The notes beneath the pieces are model-generated. The model did not search any database and was not told the DNA's origin. It saw nothing but the letters and a program-made list of their open reading frames with translations. From positions 49,245 to 113,244 of the forward strand of contig CAZSEX010000003.1 in assembly GCA_964606065.1 (NCBI GenBank): a stretch of 64,000 nt of DNA, in the 5' to 3' direction. Positions 37,888 through 46,228 of the stretch are shown here, in pieces (the first letter of the stretch is position 1; the number at the start of each line of letters is the position of its first letter). Made by a program: the position numbers and the translations under genes. Source of the stretch: an uncultured bacterium (lineage in GTDB: Bacteria > Hydrothermota > UBA3072).

Positions 37888-39147
37888 ATGAAAAGGCAAA
37901 TTGGTTTTGTTTCAACAAGACTCGCGGGTTTGGACGGGGTATCCTTAGAAACCGAGAAATGGGCAAAAATTCTTGAAGAGGAAGGGTACCGATGCTTTTA
38001 CTTTGCTGGAGAACTCGACCGTCCCGAAGAGAAATCTTTCTTGGTGGAAGAAGCTCATTTTAAGCATCCAGATATTTTAGGGATATATAATGAATGTTTC
38101 GGTTCCGATACTCGAAAAAGCGCCGTTACCAGAAAAATACATGAAATAAAAAAGAAACTTAAAAGTTCGCTTGAGGATTTTGTTAAAAAGTATGAAATTG
38201 AGTTATTGATTGCGGAAAATTCTTTAACCATACCTCTCAATATTCCTCTCGGGATAGCAATAACGGAGTTTATCGCCGAAACAAAAATGCCGACGATTGC
38301 CCATCACCATGATTTTTACTGGGAAAGGAAAAGACTTCTGGTTAATTCCGTTGGAGAATATCTGCATATGGCTTTCCCTCCCGTATTGCCTTCTATTCGC
38401 CATGTAGTGATTAACTCTTATGCAGATCGTGAGTTAAGTTACAGAACCGGTATATCCAGTACTGTAATACCAAATGTGCTTGACTTCGAAACTTCTCTTC
38501 TTTCACATGACGAATACGCATCTGACGTTAGAGAAAAATTTGGAATAAAGGAAGATGAATTACTGATTTTACAGCCAACGAGAGTTGTTCCAAGAAAAGG
38601 GATAGAGCATGCGATTGAATTAACCAGACGGTTAGAAATGAAGGCAAAACTTGTGATATCGCACGCTTCCGGTGACGAGGGTTTCGAATATGAGCAAAGA
38701 TTAAAACATTACTCTGAAATGTTAGGAGTTGATACTCTATTTATATCAAAGCGTATCGGAGAAAGCAGAAAAATCAATGATAAAGGCGAAAAAATCTATA
38801 CCATCTGGGATATTTACCCGCATGCCGATCTTGTTACCTATCCTTCGACTTATGAAGGGTTCGGGAACGCTTTTTTGGAAGCTATTTATTATCGAAAACC
38901 GATCGTGGTCAACAAATACGTGATTTATACTCTGGATATAGAACCTAAAGGTTTTAACGTTATAACTCTGGATGGTTACGTTAATGAAGAAGCGATTCTA
39001 AAAACCAGGGGAATTCTTCTTGATTCTCAGAAACGCGAAAAAATGGTAGAGCGTAATTACAGAATAGCAAAGCGATGTTTTTCTCTATCCGTGTTACGCC
39101 GTAAACTTAAAAACCTTATAAGAGAAATTCTTGTTTATAGAGATTAA
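37888..39147 (+). CDS. GT4-like glycosyltransferase (compatible-solute-type glycoside synthase-like)
   Basis: C-terminal GT-B motif EGFGNAFLEAIYYRKPIVV (E-x7-E) and an N-terminal FVSTRLAGLDGVSLE region. Confidence 0.5.
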   Translation: MKRQIGFVSTRLAGLDGVSLETEKWAKILEEEGYRCFYFAGELDRPEEKSFLVEEAHFKHPDILGIYNECFGSDTRKSAVTRKIHEIKKKLKSSLEDFVKKYEIELLIAENSLTIPLNIPLGIAITEFIAETKMPTIAHHHDFYWERKRLLVNSVGEYLHMAFPPVLPSIRHVVINSYADRELSYRTGISSTVIPNVLDFETSLLSHDEYASDVREKFGIKEDELLILQPTRVVPRKGIEHAIELTRRLEMKAKLVISHASGDEGFEYEQRLKHYSEMLGVDTLFISKRIGESRKINDKGEKIYTIWDIYPHADLVTYPSTYEGFGNAFLEAIYYRKPIVVNKYVIYTLDIEPKGFNVITLDGYVNEEAILKTRGILLDSQKREKMVERNYRIAKRCFSLSVLRRKLKNLIREILVYRD

Positions 39148-39150
39148 GGC

Positions 39151-39423
39151 ATGCAAAGAATACATATATGGGTAAGAGGTGTTGTGCAGGGAGTTGGTTT
39201 TAGATATTTTACCGTAAGAAAGGCGAGAGAATCAGGAGTATCCGGATGGGCGAGAAATACTGCGGATGGAAAGGTCGAGATTGTAGCCGAAGGAGAAAGG
39301 TGGAGATTAGAAGAATTCACTGAAAGCGTAAAAATAGGGTCGTCTCTTTCCAGCGTTACGGGAATAGAAGTTAAAGAAGAAAAATATCAAGATGAATTCG
39401 ACGAATTCGAAGTGAGGTTTTAA
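39151..39423 (+). CDS. acyP: Acylphosphatase
   Basis: [14 protein letters not shown] and [17 protein letters not shown] signatures. Confidence 0.85.
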   Translation: MQRIHIWVRGVVQGVGFRYFTVRKARESGVSGWARNTADGKVEIVAEGERWRLEEFTESVKIGSSLSSVTGIEVKEEKYQDEFDEFEVRF

Positions 39424-39424
39424 A

Positions 39425-39940
39425 ATGGATGAATTAAAAAAGCATATCAGAGAAATACTCGATTTCCCCCAAAAGGGCGTTCTGTTCAGGGATATAACTA
39501 CTCTACTCAAAAATAAAGAAGCTTTCAGAGAAGCTATAGATCTTATGACAGATTTAGTAAGGGGGAAAGAAGTGGATCTTATTCTCGGTATAGAATCCAG
39601 GGGTTTTGTTTTTGCCGCGCCGATCGCTTATAATCTCGGGTTACCTTTAAATGTTATCCGGAAACCCGGAAAATTACCTGCTGAGGTTGTTCGCGAATCT
39701 TATACTCTTGAGTACGGAGAAAACGCAATCGAATTGCATAAGGATGCCATTCAAGAGGGAGAAAAAGTTGTTATAGTAGACGATTTGCTCGCCACGGGCG
39801 GTACGGCTCTTGCGAGTGCACATTTAGTTGAAAAATTCGGAGGAGAAGTAAGCACTTTTCTTTTTCTTATAGAATTGACAGAGCTTAAAGGAAGAGAAAA
39901 GTTAAAAGATTATAAGGTTGAGTCTCTGGTTAAATATTGA
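39425..39940 (+). CDS. apt: Adenine phosphoribosyltransferase
   Basis: PRPP-binding motif VVIVDDLLATGGTA and length 171 aa. Confidence 0.9.
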   Translation: MDELKKHIREILDFPQKGVLFRDITTLLKNKEAFREAIDLMTDLVRGKEVDLILGIESRGFVFAAPIAYNLGLPLNVIRKPGKLPAEVVRESYTLEYGENAIELHKDAIQEGEKVVIVDDLLATGGTALASAHLVEKFGGEVSTFLFLIELTELKGREKLKDYKVESLVKY

Positions 39941-39975
39941 TCTCGAACGGCAAAGCTGCTCCTACAATTTTAAAT

Positions 39976-40010
39976 AGCACGCAGACCATCATCCCCTGTG
40001 CTTTTTGTTT
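39976..40010 (+). terminator. Weak rho-independent terminator after apt
   Basis: Imperfect stem (agcacgcag...ctgtgct) followed by tttttgttttt. Confidence 0.3.
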
Positions 40011-40076
40011 TTCCAAATAAAAAAAATTTAAATCCCGATAGGAGTTTTATACATCAAAATTTTTTCGTTGCGTCTT

Positions 40077-40109
40077 TTAAAAAAAAGGCGAGAGCTAAAA
40101 GCTCCCGCC
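40077..40109 (-). terminator. Rho-independent terminator of the minus-strand phosphorelay operon
   Basis: ggcgagagc/gctcccgcc 9-bp stem with a taaaa loop. On the minus strand it is followed by a U run of 10 nt. Confidence 0.55.
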
Positions 40110-40117
40110 CGGAGAAA

Positions 40118-40651
40118 TTAAACACTCAGACAAAAAGACATCTCATCTTGTCCACCTATAAGTATATATATTTTTTTTAATTTGTCAACCCCTTCTTTTA
40201 AAAATTTTGTGAAATCCAAGGGTTTGACACCCTTTCTTATGCTTTGGGTGCTTTTCGCAAGTTGTTTCCAGCGTTTTCGAGTTTTTATATGCTTTTTTAT
40301 TATGGGAATCAGGGATTCTTTCTGGATGGGTTTAACCAGATAATCCACGGCTCCTAAAGATAAGGCTTTTGCCTTATCTTTGTCGCTCTCGAGAGCCGTC
40401 AGGAAGATAACGGGAATAAAAGAAGTCTCTTCATCTTCCTGTAGAATCGAACACACCTCATATCCATCCAGAGAAGGCATACTAATGTCTAGAACAACTA
40501 CATCGGGGTTTTCTTTTTTTATCCTTTCTATTCCCTCTGAAGGGTTTGTTGCCGTTAAGATTTTGTAGTCTTCATTAGAAAGTATTCTTTCTACGAGTTT
40601 AATCATATCCTGATTGTCATCTATATAAATTATACAGGATTCTTTATTCAT
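40118..40651 (-). CDS. Response regulator receiver protein with short C-terminal extension
   Basis: REC domain (IDDNQDMIKL...VVVLDISMPSLDG...LTALESDKDKAKALSLGAVDYLVKP). Confidence 0.75.
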   Translation of the reverse strand: MNKESCIIYIDDNQDMIKLVERILSNEDYKILTATNPSEGIERIKKENPDVVVLDISMPSLDGYEVCSILQEDEETSFIPVIFLTALESDKDKAKALSLGAVDYLVKPIQKESLIPIIKKHIKTRKRWKQLAKSTQSIRKGVKPLDFTKFLKEGVDKLKKIYILIGGQDEMSFCLSV

Positions 40652-40961
40652 TTATTATTTCTATTCTGTTTAAATAGTCTTTGAGTTCTGCCAGATTATT
40701 TTTAATCTGCGTGATATCTTTGTTTTTCGCGGATGTTTCAATCATTTTCCCCAACTCGGTTATTCCGTCGAATCCGTAAATAGAACCAGAACCTTTCATG
40801 CTGTGACCCAGTCTCTGGATAGTTTCAAAATCTTCTTTTTTCAAAGAATTTTCTACTTCTTTTATATCCTTTTCTCTGTTTTTTAAGAAATTAGGAACAA
40901 GCTGGACTGCATAACCGGGAACAGTAACCTTGATCTTTTCTCCGTCCGTTTTTTCACCCAT
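40644..40961 (-). CDS. Histidine phosphotransfer (HPt) domain protein
   Basis: HSMKGSGSIYGF motif (HxxKGSS) in a 105-aa four-helix-bundle-sized ORF. Confidence 0.75.
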   Translation of the reverse strand: MGEKTDGEKIKVTVPGYAVQLVPNFLKNREKDIKEVENSLKKEDFETIQRLGHSMKGSGSIYGFDGITELGKMIETSAKNKDITQIKNNLAELKDYLNRIEIINE

Positions 40962-40976
40962 TGCTATATCCTCCTG

Positions 40977-41963
40977 TTAAGTTGTAAAACCTTCTTTTAT
41001 GCAATTTCTACCGGACTGTTTTGCTTCGTATAGAGCTTTGTCTGCTTCATTTATAAATGAAGTGGGTTTTGTCTTTTCGTCTGGATTAATTGTGGCCACT
41101 CCGACACTTATAGTAACGTTTTTACTTACAGCCGAACTCTTATGAACAATTTTCAGTTTACCTGTTTCCTCGAGAAATCTTTTAGCCACAGAAAGCGCTC
41201 CCCTTCTATCTGTATCGGGAAGTACGGCGATGAATTCCTCTCCTCCGTATCGGCATAAAAAATCTCTCGGTCTTTTTAAAGCGCTGTTTAAGGTTCTTGC
41301 AATTTTTTTTAGACAGTCGTCCCCGTTCAGATGTCCGTATGTATCATTGTACGCTTTAAAGCAATCGATATCGCACATTAAAAGGGAAAGAGGATTCTTT
41401 ACTCTGATCGCGTTTTTCCATTCTCTGGCGAAAAACTCTTCAAAATATCGGCGGTTGGGAACGGCGGTCAAGCCATCCAGATAAGACATACGTGTTAATT
41501 TTTTATTAGCTGTGTCTAATTGTTCAGCCATTTCCGTCAACTCTCGTTCTCTTTCTTTTCTGCTGTCTGTTTCCATCTTCAGGCGTAGCGCTGAACGGAC
41601 TCTGGCTAATAATTCGGTTACCTTTATCGGTTTTGTTATATAATCGATAGCCCCTGCCTGAAAAGCCGCTTGAAGCTGAGTCTCTTCCCTGTTAGCTGTG
41701 ATCATTATAATTGGAGTGTCTTTGAAAGAAACTTCTCTTTTTATCCTTGAGCACGCTTCAATTCCGTTTGTTTTCGGCATTATTACATCCATAAGAATTA
41801 AATCGATGTTTGGTTTGTTTTTCTTTTTGTCTTTCAGCCCGAGAAAATCGAACGCTTCTTCAGCCGAATTAACAAGATATATACTCTTGTATCCTTTCTC
41901 GCCCAAAATCGACTTAAGCACCAATGTCTGATCTTCCGAATCGTCAACGATAAGAATATCCAT
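40977..41963 (-). CDS. Response regulator-diguanylate cyclase (REC-GGDEF, PleD/WspR-like)
   Basis: N-terminal REC (MDILIVDDSEDQ...LILMDVIMP) and C-terminal GGDEF (RYGGEEFIAVL). Confidence 0.85.
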   Translation of the reverse strand: MDILIVDDSEDQTLVLKSILGEKGYKSIYLVNSAEEAFDFLGLKDKKKNKPNIDLILMDVIMPKTNGIEACSRIKREVSFKDTPIIMITANREETQLQAAFQAGAIDYITKPIKVTELLARVRSALRLKMETDSRKERERELTEMAEQLDTANKKLTRMSYLDGLTAVPNRRYFEEFFAREWKNAIRVKNPLSLLMCDIDCFKAYNDTYGHLNGDDCLKKIARTLNSALKRPRDFLCRYGGEEFIAVLPDTDRRGALSVAKRFLEETGKLKIVHKSSAVSKNVTISVGVATINPDEKTKPTSFINEADKALYEAKQSGRNCIKEGFTT

Positions 41964-42073
41964 TTATAAAACTCTTAATATCCTTGTTTTAAAATAACGG
42001 TTTTTTTATAAAAGTAAAGGGTTTTTCTATAAAATGAAAAATTAAAGAATGTTTGGGAAAGCTTATATAAATG

Positions 42074-42784
42074 TCAGTATTTAACCTTCACGAGAAAAAG
42101 TCCCTGCGGAGGTACGACTGGTGGACGCTTTTTCTTTCCCGAAAGGATTTTTTTGACATCGGGAGGAACCAGTTTTCCTTTACCCGCGTTGATCAAAAGA
42201 CCTACTATACTCCGGACCATTCTGCGGAGAAAACGGTCGGCTTCGACCTCGATAAAAATACTGGTCTTATCTTCGGATATTTTTATCTTTTTCAAGAGGC
42301 AAATACCGCTGTCTTTAGTTGCAAGAAAATTAAAGTTTTTCTCTCCCAGAAGTTCTTTCCCCGCTTTTTTCATTTTTTTTATGTTGAGGTTTTCATCAAT
42401 TTGAAAAAAGTATCTTTTATTAAAGACAGATTTCTCTTTCGCGATTTGATATCTGTATATTCTCGAATTCGCGGAGAATCTCGCGTTAAAATCCTCCGGA
42501 ACTTTTTTGCATTGCTTAATAAGAATATCCCGTGGTATGTTTCCGTTTATCGCGTTTTTTAATTCTTTCGAGGGAAATGTTTCCGGAACGGTAAAGGAAG
42601 CGACCTGCCCCAATGCGTGAACTCCCGCGTCGGTTCTCCCCGAGCCTGTTATTCTGATTTTTTTATTAAAGATTTTCTTCAGGGCTTTTTCTAATTCCCC
42701 CTGAACGGTTCTTTTTCCCGGTTGAACCTGCCAGCCGTGAAAGCCGGTTCCGTCATATTCTACAATTATTTTTATATTCTGCAT
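42074..42784 (-). CDS. truA: tRNA pseudouridine(38-40) synthase
   Basis: GRTDAGVHALGQV catalytic Asp motif. Confidence 0.9.
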   Translation of the reverse strand: MQNIKIIVEYDGTGFHGWQVQPGKRTVQGELEKALKKIFNKKIRITGSGRTDAGVHALGQVASFTVPETFPSKELKNAINGNIPRDILIKQCKKVPEDFNARFSANSRIYRYQIAKEKSVFNKRYFFQIDENLNIKKMKKAGKELLGEKNFNFLATKDSGICLLKKIKISEDKTSIFIEVEADRFLRRMVRSIVGLLINAGKGKLVPPDVKKILSGKKKRPPVVPPQGLFLVKVKY

Positions 42785-42908
42785 ATTTCAAACATTCTTA
42801 ACCACAAGATTTCACAGATTAACCCAAGATTACCCAACAATCCCCTTCAAGTAAGCTTTTTCTATATTAACCACATATACTATATTTGCAATTCTTTTTT
42901 TTATAATC

Positions 42909-42937
42909 TTGACATCTAATTATAGGTTTATTATAAT
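42909..42937 (+). promoter_or_regulatory. Strong sigma70-like promoter for the three-gene small-protein cassette
   Basis: TTGACA, 17 nt, then TATAAT. SD aaggaggg lies before the ATG at 42960. Confidence 0.5.
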
Positions 42938-42959
42938 TAAAAATAACTAAGGAGGGTTA

Positions 42960-43163
42960 ATGAGGTACTTTACTTTCTTTCTTTTTCTGATCTTTGTTGT
43001 GAACGGATGTTCTTTTTCCAACGTTAAATATACAAAAGTTGATGAATCGTACATAGAGGTTCCTAAACCTGCTGACGCTCAGATATTATTGACCAGGGAT
43101 AAAATAAAAAGGGCTCAACATCTTAAAAATTTTTGTTTTTTGAAGGAGGTTATATTATGGTAA
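42960..43163 (+). CDS. Small hypothetical lipoprotein
   Basis: 67 aa. Signal peptide with a Cys (FVVNGCSFS). Confidence 0.4.
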   Translation: MRYFTFFLFLIFVVNGCSFSNVKYTKVDESYIEVPKPADAQILLTRDKIKRAQHLKNFCFLKEVILW

Positions 43164-43507
43164 AAAGGATTGTTATTGCTACAATATTTGGTTTAATCTT
43201 CGGTATTATTTGTTGGTTTCTGGCGTCATCTGAAGGACAGTTACCCTGGGCGCTTTCTATCTCAATTGTAACCGGAAGAATGCTGATTGGTGTTGCTATA
43301 GGTATCAGCGCAATAAAAATAAAATGGTGGTTGCATGGTCCGATTATGGGTTTTGTTTTTAGTGTCCCCATGGGATTTTCCAGCATGCTTGGTGCAGGAG
43401 GGGAGTATAGCCCTAACATGCTTTTCCTCATGACTGTGGTAATGGGTATCATTTACGGTTTTATAATAGAGTTATTCACCACAGTGGTTTTTAAAGCTAA
43501 AGCATAG
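43157..43507 (+). CDS. Small hypothetical membrane protein
   Basis: Four predicted TM helices. ATG at 43157 follows GGAGG by 8 nt. The track ORF starts upstream at a TTG. Confidence 0.45.
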   Translation: MVKRIVIATIFGLIFGIICWFLASSEGQLPWALSISIVTGRMLIGVAIGISAIKIKWWLHGPIMGFVFSVPMGFSSMLGAGGEYSPNMLFLMTVVMGIIYGFIIELFTTVVFKAKA

Positions 43508-43509
43508 TT

Positions 43510-43902
43510 ATGAGAAAGATTAGAATTCTCTCCGAGAGCATAGGAGAAGTTTTAGCTGTTTTAACAGACGAAAACCCTAAAACTGCGAAAGCTTTTTATT
43601 CCACTCTTCCTACAGAAGGAAGGGCGAACATCTGGGGAGAAGAAATTTATTTTAGAATGCCTATAGGCGTTAATAAAGAAAATGCTCGGGTTTCTGTAGA
43701 AGTGGGAGAAATAGCGATATGGATTGAAAGCCCTTCTTTTTGTATCTTCTCTGGGGAGACGCCTTCGAGCACTGAAAACGAAATACGTGCTTTCAGTGAA
43801 GTAAACGTAATAGGAAAAATAGAAGGAGATCCCTCTATTTTCAAAAAAGTGAAACAGGGTGAGATAATCAGGTTAAAAAAAGCGGTGCAGAAGCCCGGGT
43901 AG
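43510..43902 (+). CDS. Cyclophilin-like superfamily protein (DUF369/PF04126-like)
   Basis: The pattern ...LPTEGRANIWGEEIYFRMP...GEIAIWIESPSFCIFSGETPSS...VNVIGKIEG matches the conserved cyclophilin-like DUF family. Confidence 0.5.
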   Translation: MRKIRILSESIGEVLAVLTDENPKTAKAFYSTLPTEGRANIWGEEIYFRMPIGVNKENARVSVEVGEIAIWIESPSFCIFSGETPSSTENEIRAFSEVNVIGKIEGDPSIFKKVKQGEIIRLKKAVQKPG

Positions 43903-43960
43903 AATTGGTAAAAAACTCGGGTTTTTGTGGTGAATTAATTCTGATATAATCTTTGATATG

Positions 43961-45049
43961 TTAAACGTATAATCTCGGAAGTCTTTTCCCCATTCTGGAG
44001 ACAACCTCGTACGGAATTGTTCCAATTGTTTGCGCAATTTCCCAGGCGGTTATAGTTCTATTCATAACCATGACTTCATCACCGATTTTAGCTGCTTGAA
44101 TGTGGGTTACGTCTATCATCGTGGTATCCATGGTAACGTTGCCTATTACCGGAGCCTTTTTATTGCGCACCACCATCCATCCTTTATTCGATAGAGCTCT
44201 ATCATAACCATCGGCGTAACCCAGTGGTACTGTAGCCACAGTTGTTGGTTCTTTTGCGGTAAAAGTTCTCGAATAGCTAACAGAGTGTCCCGGTGGAATT
44301 GTTTTTATAAAGGAAATTTTGCTTTTTACGCTCATTACGGGTTTATATTCAGGCTGGACTACATTCTCTACGGGCGAGATTCCATACAGCAGAAGACCGA
44401 GTCTTACCATATTAAACAGAGAATTCTCATATAGGAGAAAAGCCGCCGAATTCGCCATGCTTTTTATAGGTATTTCAATTCCCATGGAGGAAGCGACTTT
44501 TATTAGTTCATTGAAATCTTTTATCTGTTTTTGAGTAAATTCTGTGTCCGAATCAGCAACAGGAAAATGAGACATCACTCCTTTGAGTTCTAAAAAATCA
44601 TTGCTTTTTATAAGTTTGATAAAATAAATAAATTCATCAGCGGAAACACCATATCTGCCCATACCGGTATCTACCATTACAAAGACTGAAACTTTTTTCT
44701 TTTGTCTCTCTCCTTCCCTTTCCAAACTTTCAAGAAAGTCACGTGAACACACCGTAGGAATTAGATTGAAAAGTACAATCTCTTCGGATCTCTCTTTTAA
44801 TTCTTGAGCGAGAATTATAATCGGAGTTTGAATGCCGGCGTTTCGCAACTCTATCCCTTCTTCGGCTATTCCAACTCCCAGATAATCTACACCCATCGCC
44901 GTAGCTCTGGAAGAAACTGCCACTGCTCCGTGTCCGTACGCGTCCGCTTTTACTACCGCAAGAAGTTTTTTGTCTCTAAGTTTTGCCTTCGCTTTTGTTA
45001 TATTGTTTTCCAGGTTTTTTAAATTTATTTCAACCCATGAAGGTCTCAT
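43961..45049 (-). CDS. alr: Alanine racemase
   Basis: PLP-lysine motif VVKADAYGHG and the C-terminal beta-domain. Confidence 0.9.
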   Translation of the reverse strand: MRPSWVEINLKNLENNITKAKAKLRDKKLLAVVKADAYGHGAVAVSSRATAMGVDYLGVGIAEEGIELRNAGIQTPIIILAQELKERSEEIVLFNLIPTVCSRDFLESLEREGERQKKKVSVFVMVDTGMGRYGVSADEFIYFIKLIKSNDFLELKGVMSHFPVADSDTEFTQKQIKDFNELIKVASSMGIEIPIKSMANSAAFLLYENSLFNMVRLGLLLYGISPVENVVQPEYKPVMSVKSKISFIKTIPPGHSVSYSRTFTAKEPTTVATVPLGYADGYDRALSNKGWMVVRNKKAPVIGNVTMDTTMIDVTHIQAAKIGDEVMVMNRTITAWEIAQTIGTIPYEVVSRMGKRLPRLYV

Positions 45050-45093
45050 AATAAGAATAATAATAATATCTCTTTCTTTTTCAAGCCTTTATC

Positions 45094-45121
45094 TTGACAG
45101 GACACTTTTTTTTTATATATA
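45094..45121 (+). promoter_or_regulatory. Sigma70-like promoter for the TPR lipoprotein gene
   Basis: TTGACA, 16 nt, then TATATA. It lies just outside the alr coding region. Confidence 0.4.
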
Positions 45122-45149
45122 TGTAAAAAAGTTTAAAAAAGGAGAGATA

Positions 45150-46199
45150 ATTAAAAAACAATTTATTTTTTATATTCTGGTTTTTCTGTATATTGCTGGG
45201 TGCACCGCAAGAGAGTATAAGTTAAGTGGGGATATTTTTCTTAAGACCGGAGAATATGAGAAGGCAGCCGTTCAGTATAAGGCATGTGCTAAAAAAGAAA
45301 AAGATAATCCGAATTGTTACGTTGCTCTGTCAGTTCCGTATTATAAAGAAGATAATTATTTGCAATCCGCAGAATATCTTAGAACTGCTTTCGAGATCAA
45401 TAGAGATTTGGCTGAAAAAACGGTATTGTTTTACGAAAACCTTTTGGGAGTCGAAAATTACAGCTGGAGTGTCTTTTATGCTGGAGCGGAAGAGGTTATG
45501 AATAATGAACAATTTGAAAAATCTATAGAGTTTATAGAAGAGGCTGAGGAAGTAGAAGATAGTACTTATAAGGCGATGTCTTATGTTCTTCACGGTAGGA
45601 TTCATTTGAAAGAAGGAGAAGAAGATAAAGCTTTAAGTTATTTTGATAAAGCGCTCGATTTTGATGAGGATAACGCGGAAGCATATCTCTATACAGGGGA
45701 AATATTCACAAATAAAAATAAATTTGATAAAGCTATTTTTAATCTCAAGGAAGCGATTTCAATTAAGCCCGACATTTTTTTAGGTTATAAGTTACTCGGG
45801 CAAAATTATCTGAAGAACAAAAAATATGATAAGGCAATCGAATCTCTTGAGAAGGCTTTTTCTATAAACAGTAGCGACCGAGTTGTTCTTCACAATCTTG
45901 CCTGTGCTTATTTGCAGAAAGAAGATTACACTCGCGCGTCCAGTATCGCCGAAAAGATTCTTAACCTACAGGAAGTAGAATCCGATAAGAAAGCAGAAGC
46001 GTATATAATTCTGGGAATGGCAGATATTTATGAAGAAAAGTACGACGAAGCTATAGAAGTTTTGAATAAGGCAATCGAAGCCGATTCTAACAATTGTGAT
46101 TCATATCAACTTATGGCGCTTGCTTATAAAAAAGCGGGAAAAGTAAGTTTTTCTAAAGAATTTTCTATAAAGTGGGAAGAATGCGTGGAGAAACAATAA
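45150..46199 (+). CDS. TPR-repeat lipoprotein (candidate AUU start)
   Basis: Lipoprotein signal (M)IKKQFIFYILVFLYIAGC, then multiple TPR repeats. There is no in-frame ATG, GTG or TTG between the promoter and the signal peptide. SD GGAG lies 5 nt before ATT at 45150. The track ORF starts at a GTG inside alr at 44970. Confidence 0.5.
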   Translation: MKKQFIFYILVFLYIAGCTAREYKLSGDIFLKTGEYEKAAVQYKACAKKEKDNPNCYVALSVPYYKEDNYLQSAEYLRTAFEINRDLAEKTVLFYENLLGVENYSWSVFYAGAEEVMNNEQFEKSIEFIEEAEEVEDSTYKAMSYVLHGRIHLKEGEEDKALSYFDKALDFDEDNAEAYLYTGEIFTNKNKFDKAIFNLKEAISIKPDIFLGYKLLGQNYLKNKKYDKAIESLEKAFSINSSDRVVLHNLACAYLQKEDYTRASSIAEKILNLQEVESDKKAEAYIILGMADIYEEKYDEAIEVLNKAIEADSNNCDSYQLMALAYKKAGKVSFSKEFSIKWEECVEKQ

Positions 46200-46228
46200 A
46201 TTTAGATTCTTTTTTGAATCGACGTATG

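Noticed and set aside
44970-45149. Upstream extension of the TPR lipoprotein ORF to a GTG inside alr
   Set aside because: The extension runs antisense through the alr 5' end and upstream of the gene's own promoter. The real signal peptide starts at about 45150.
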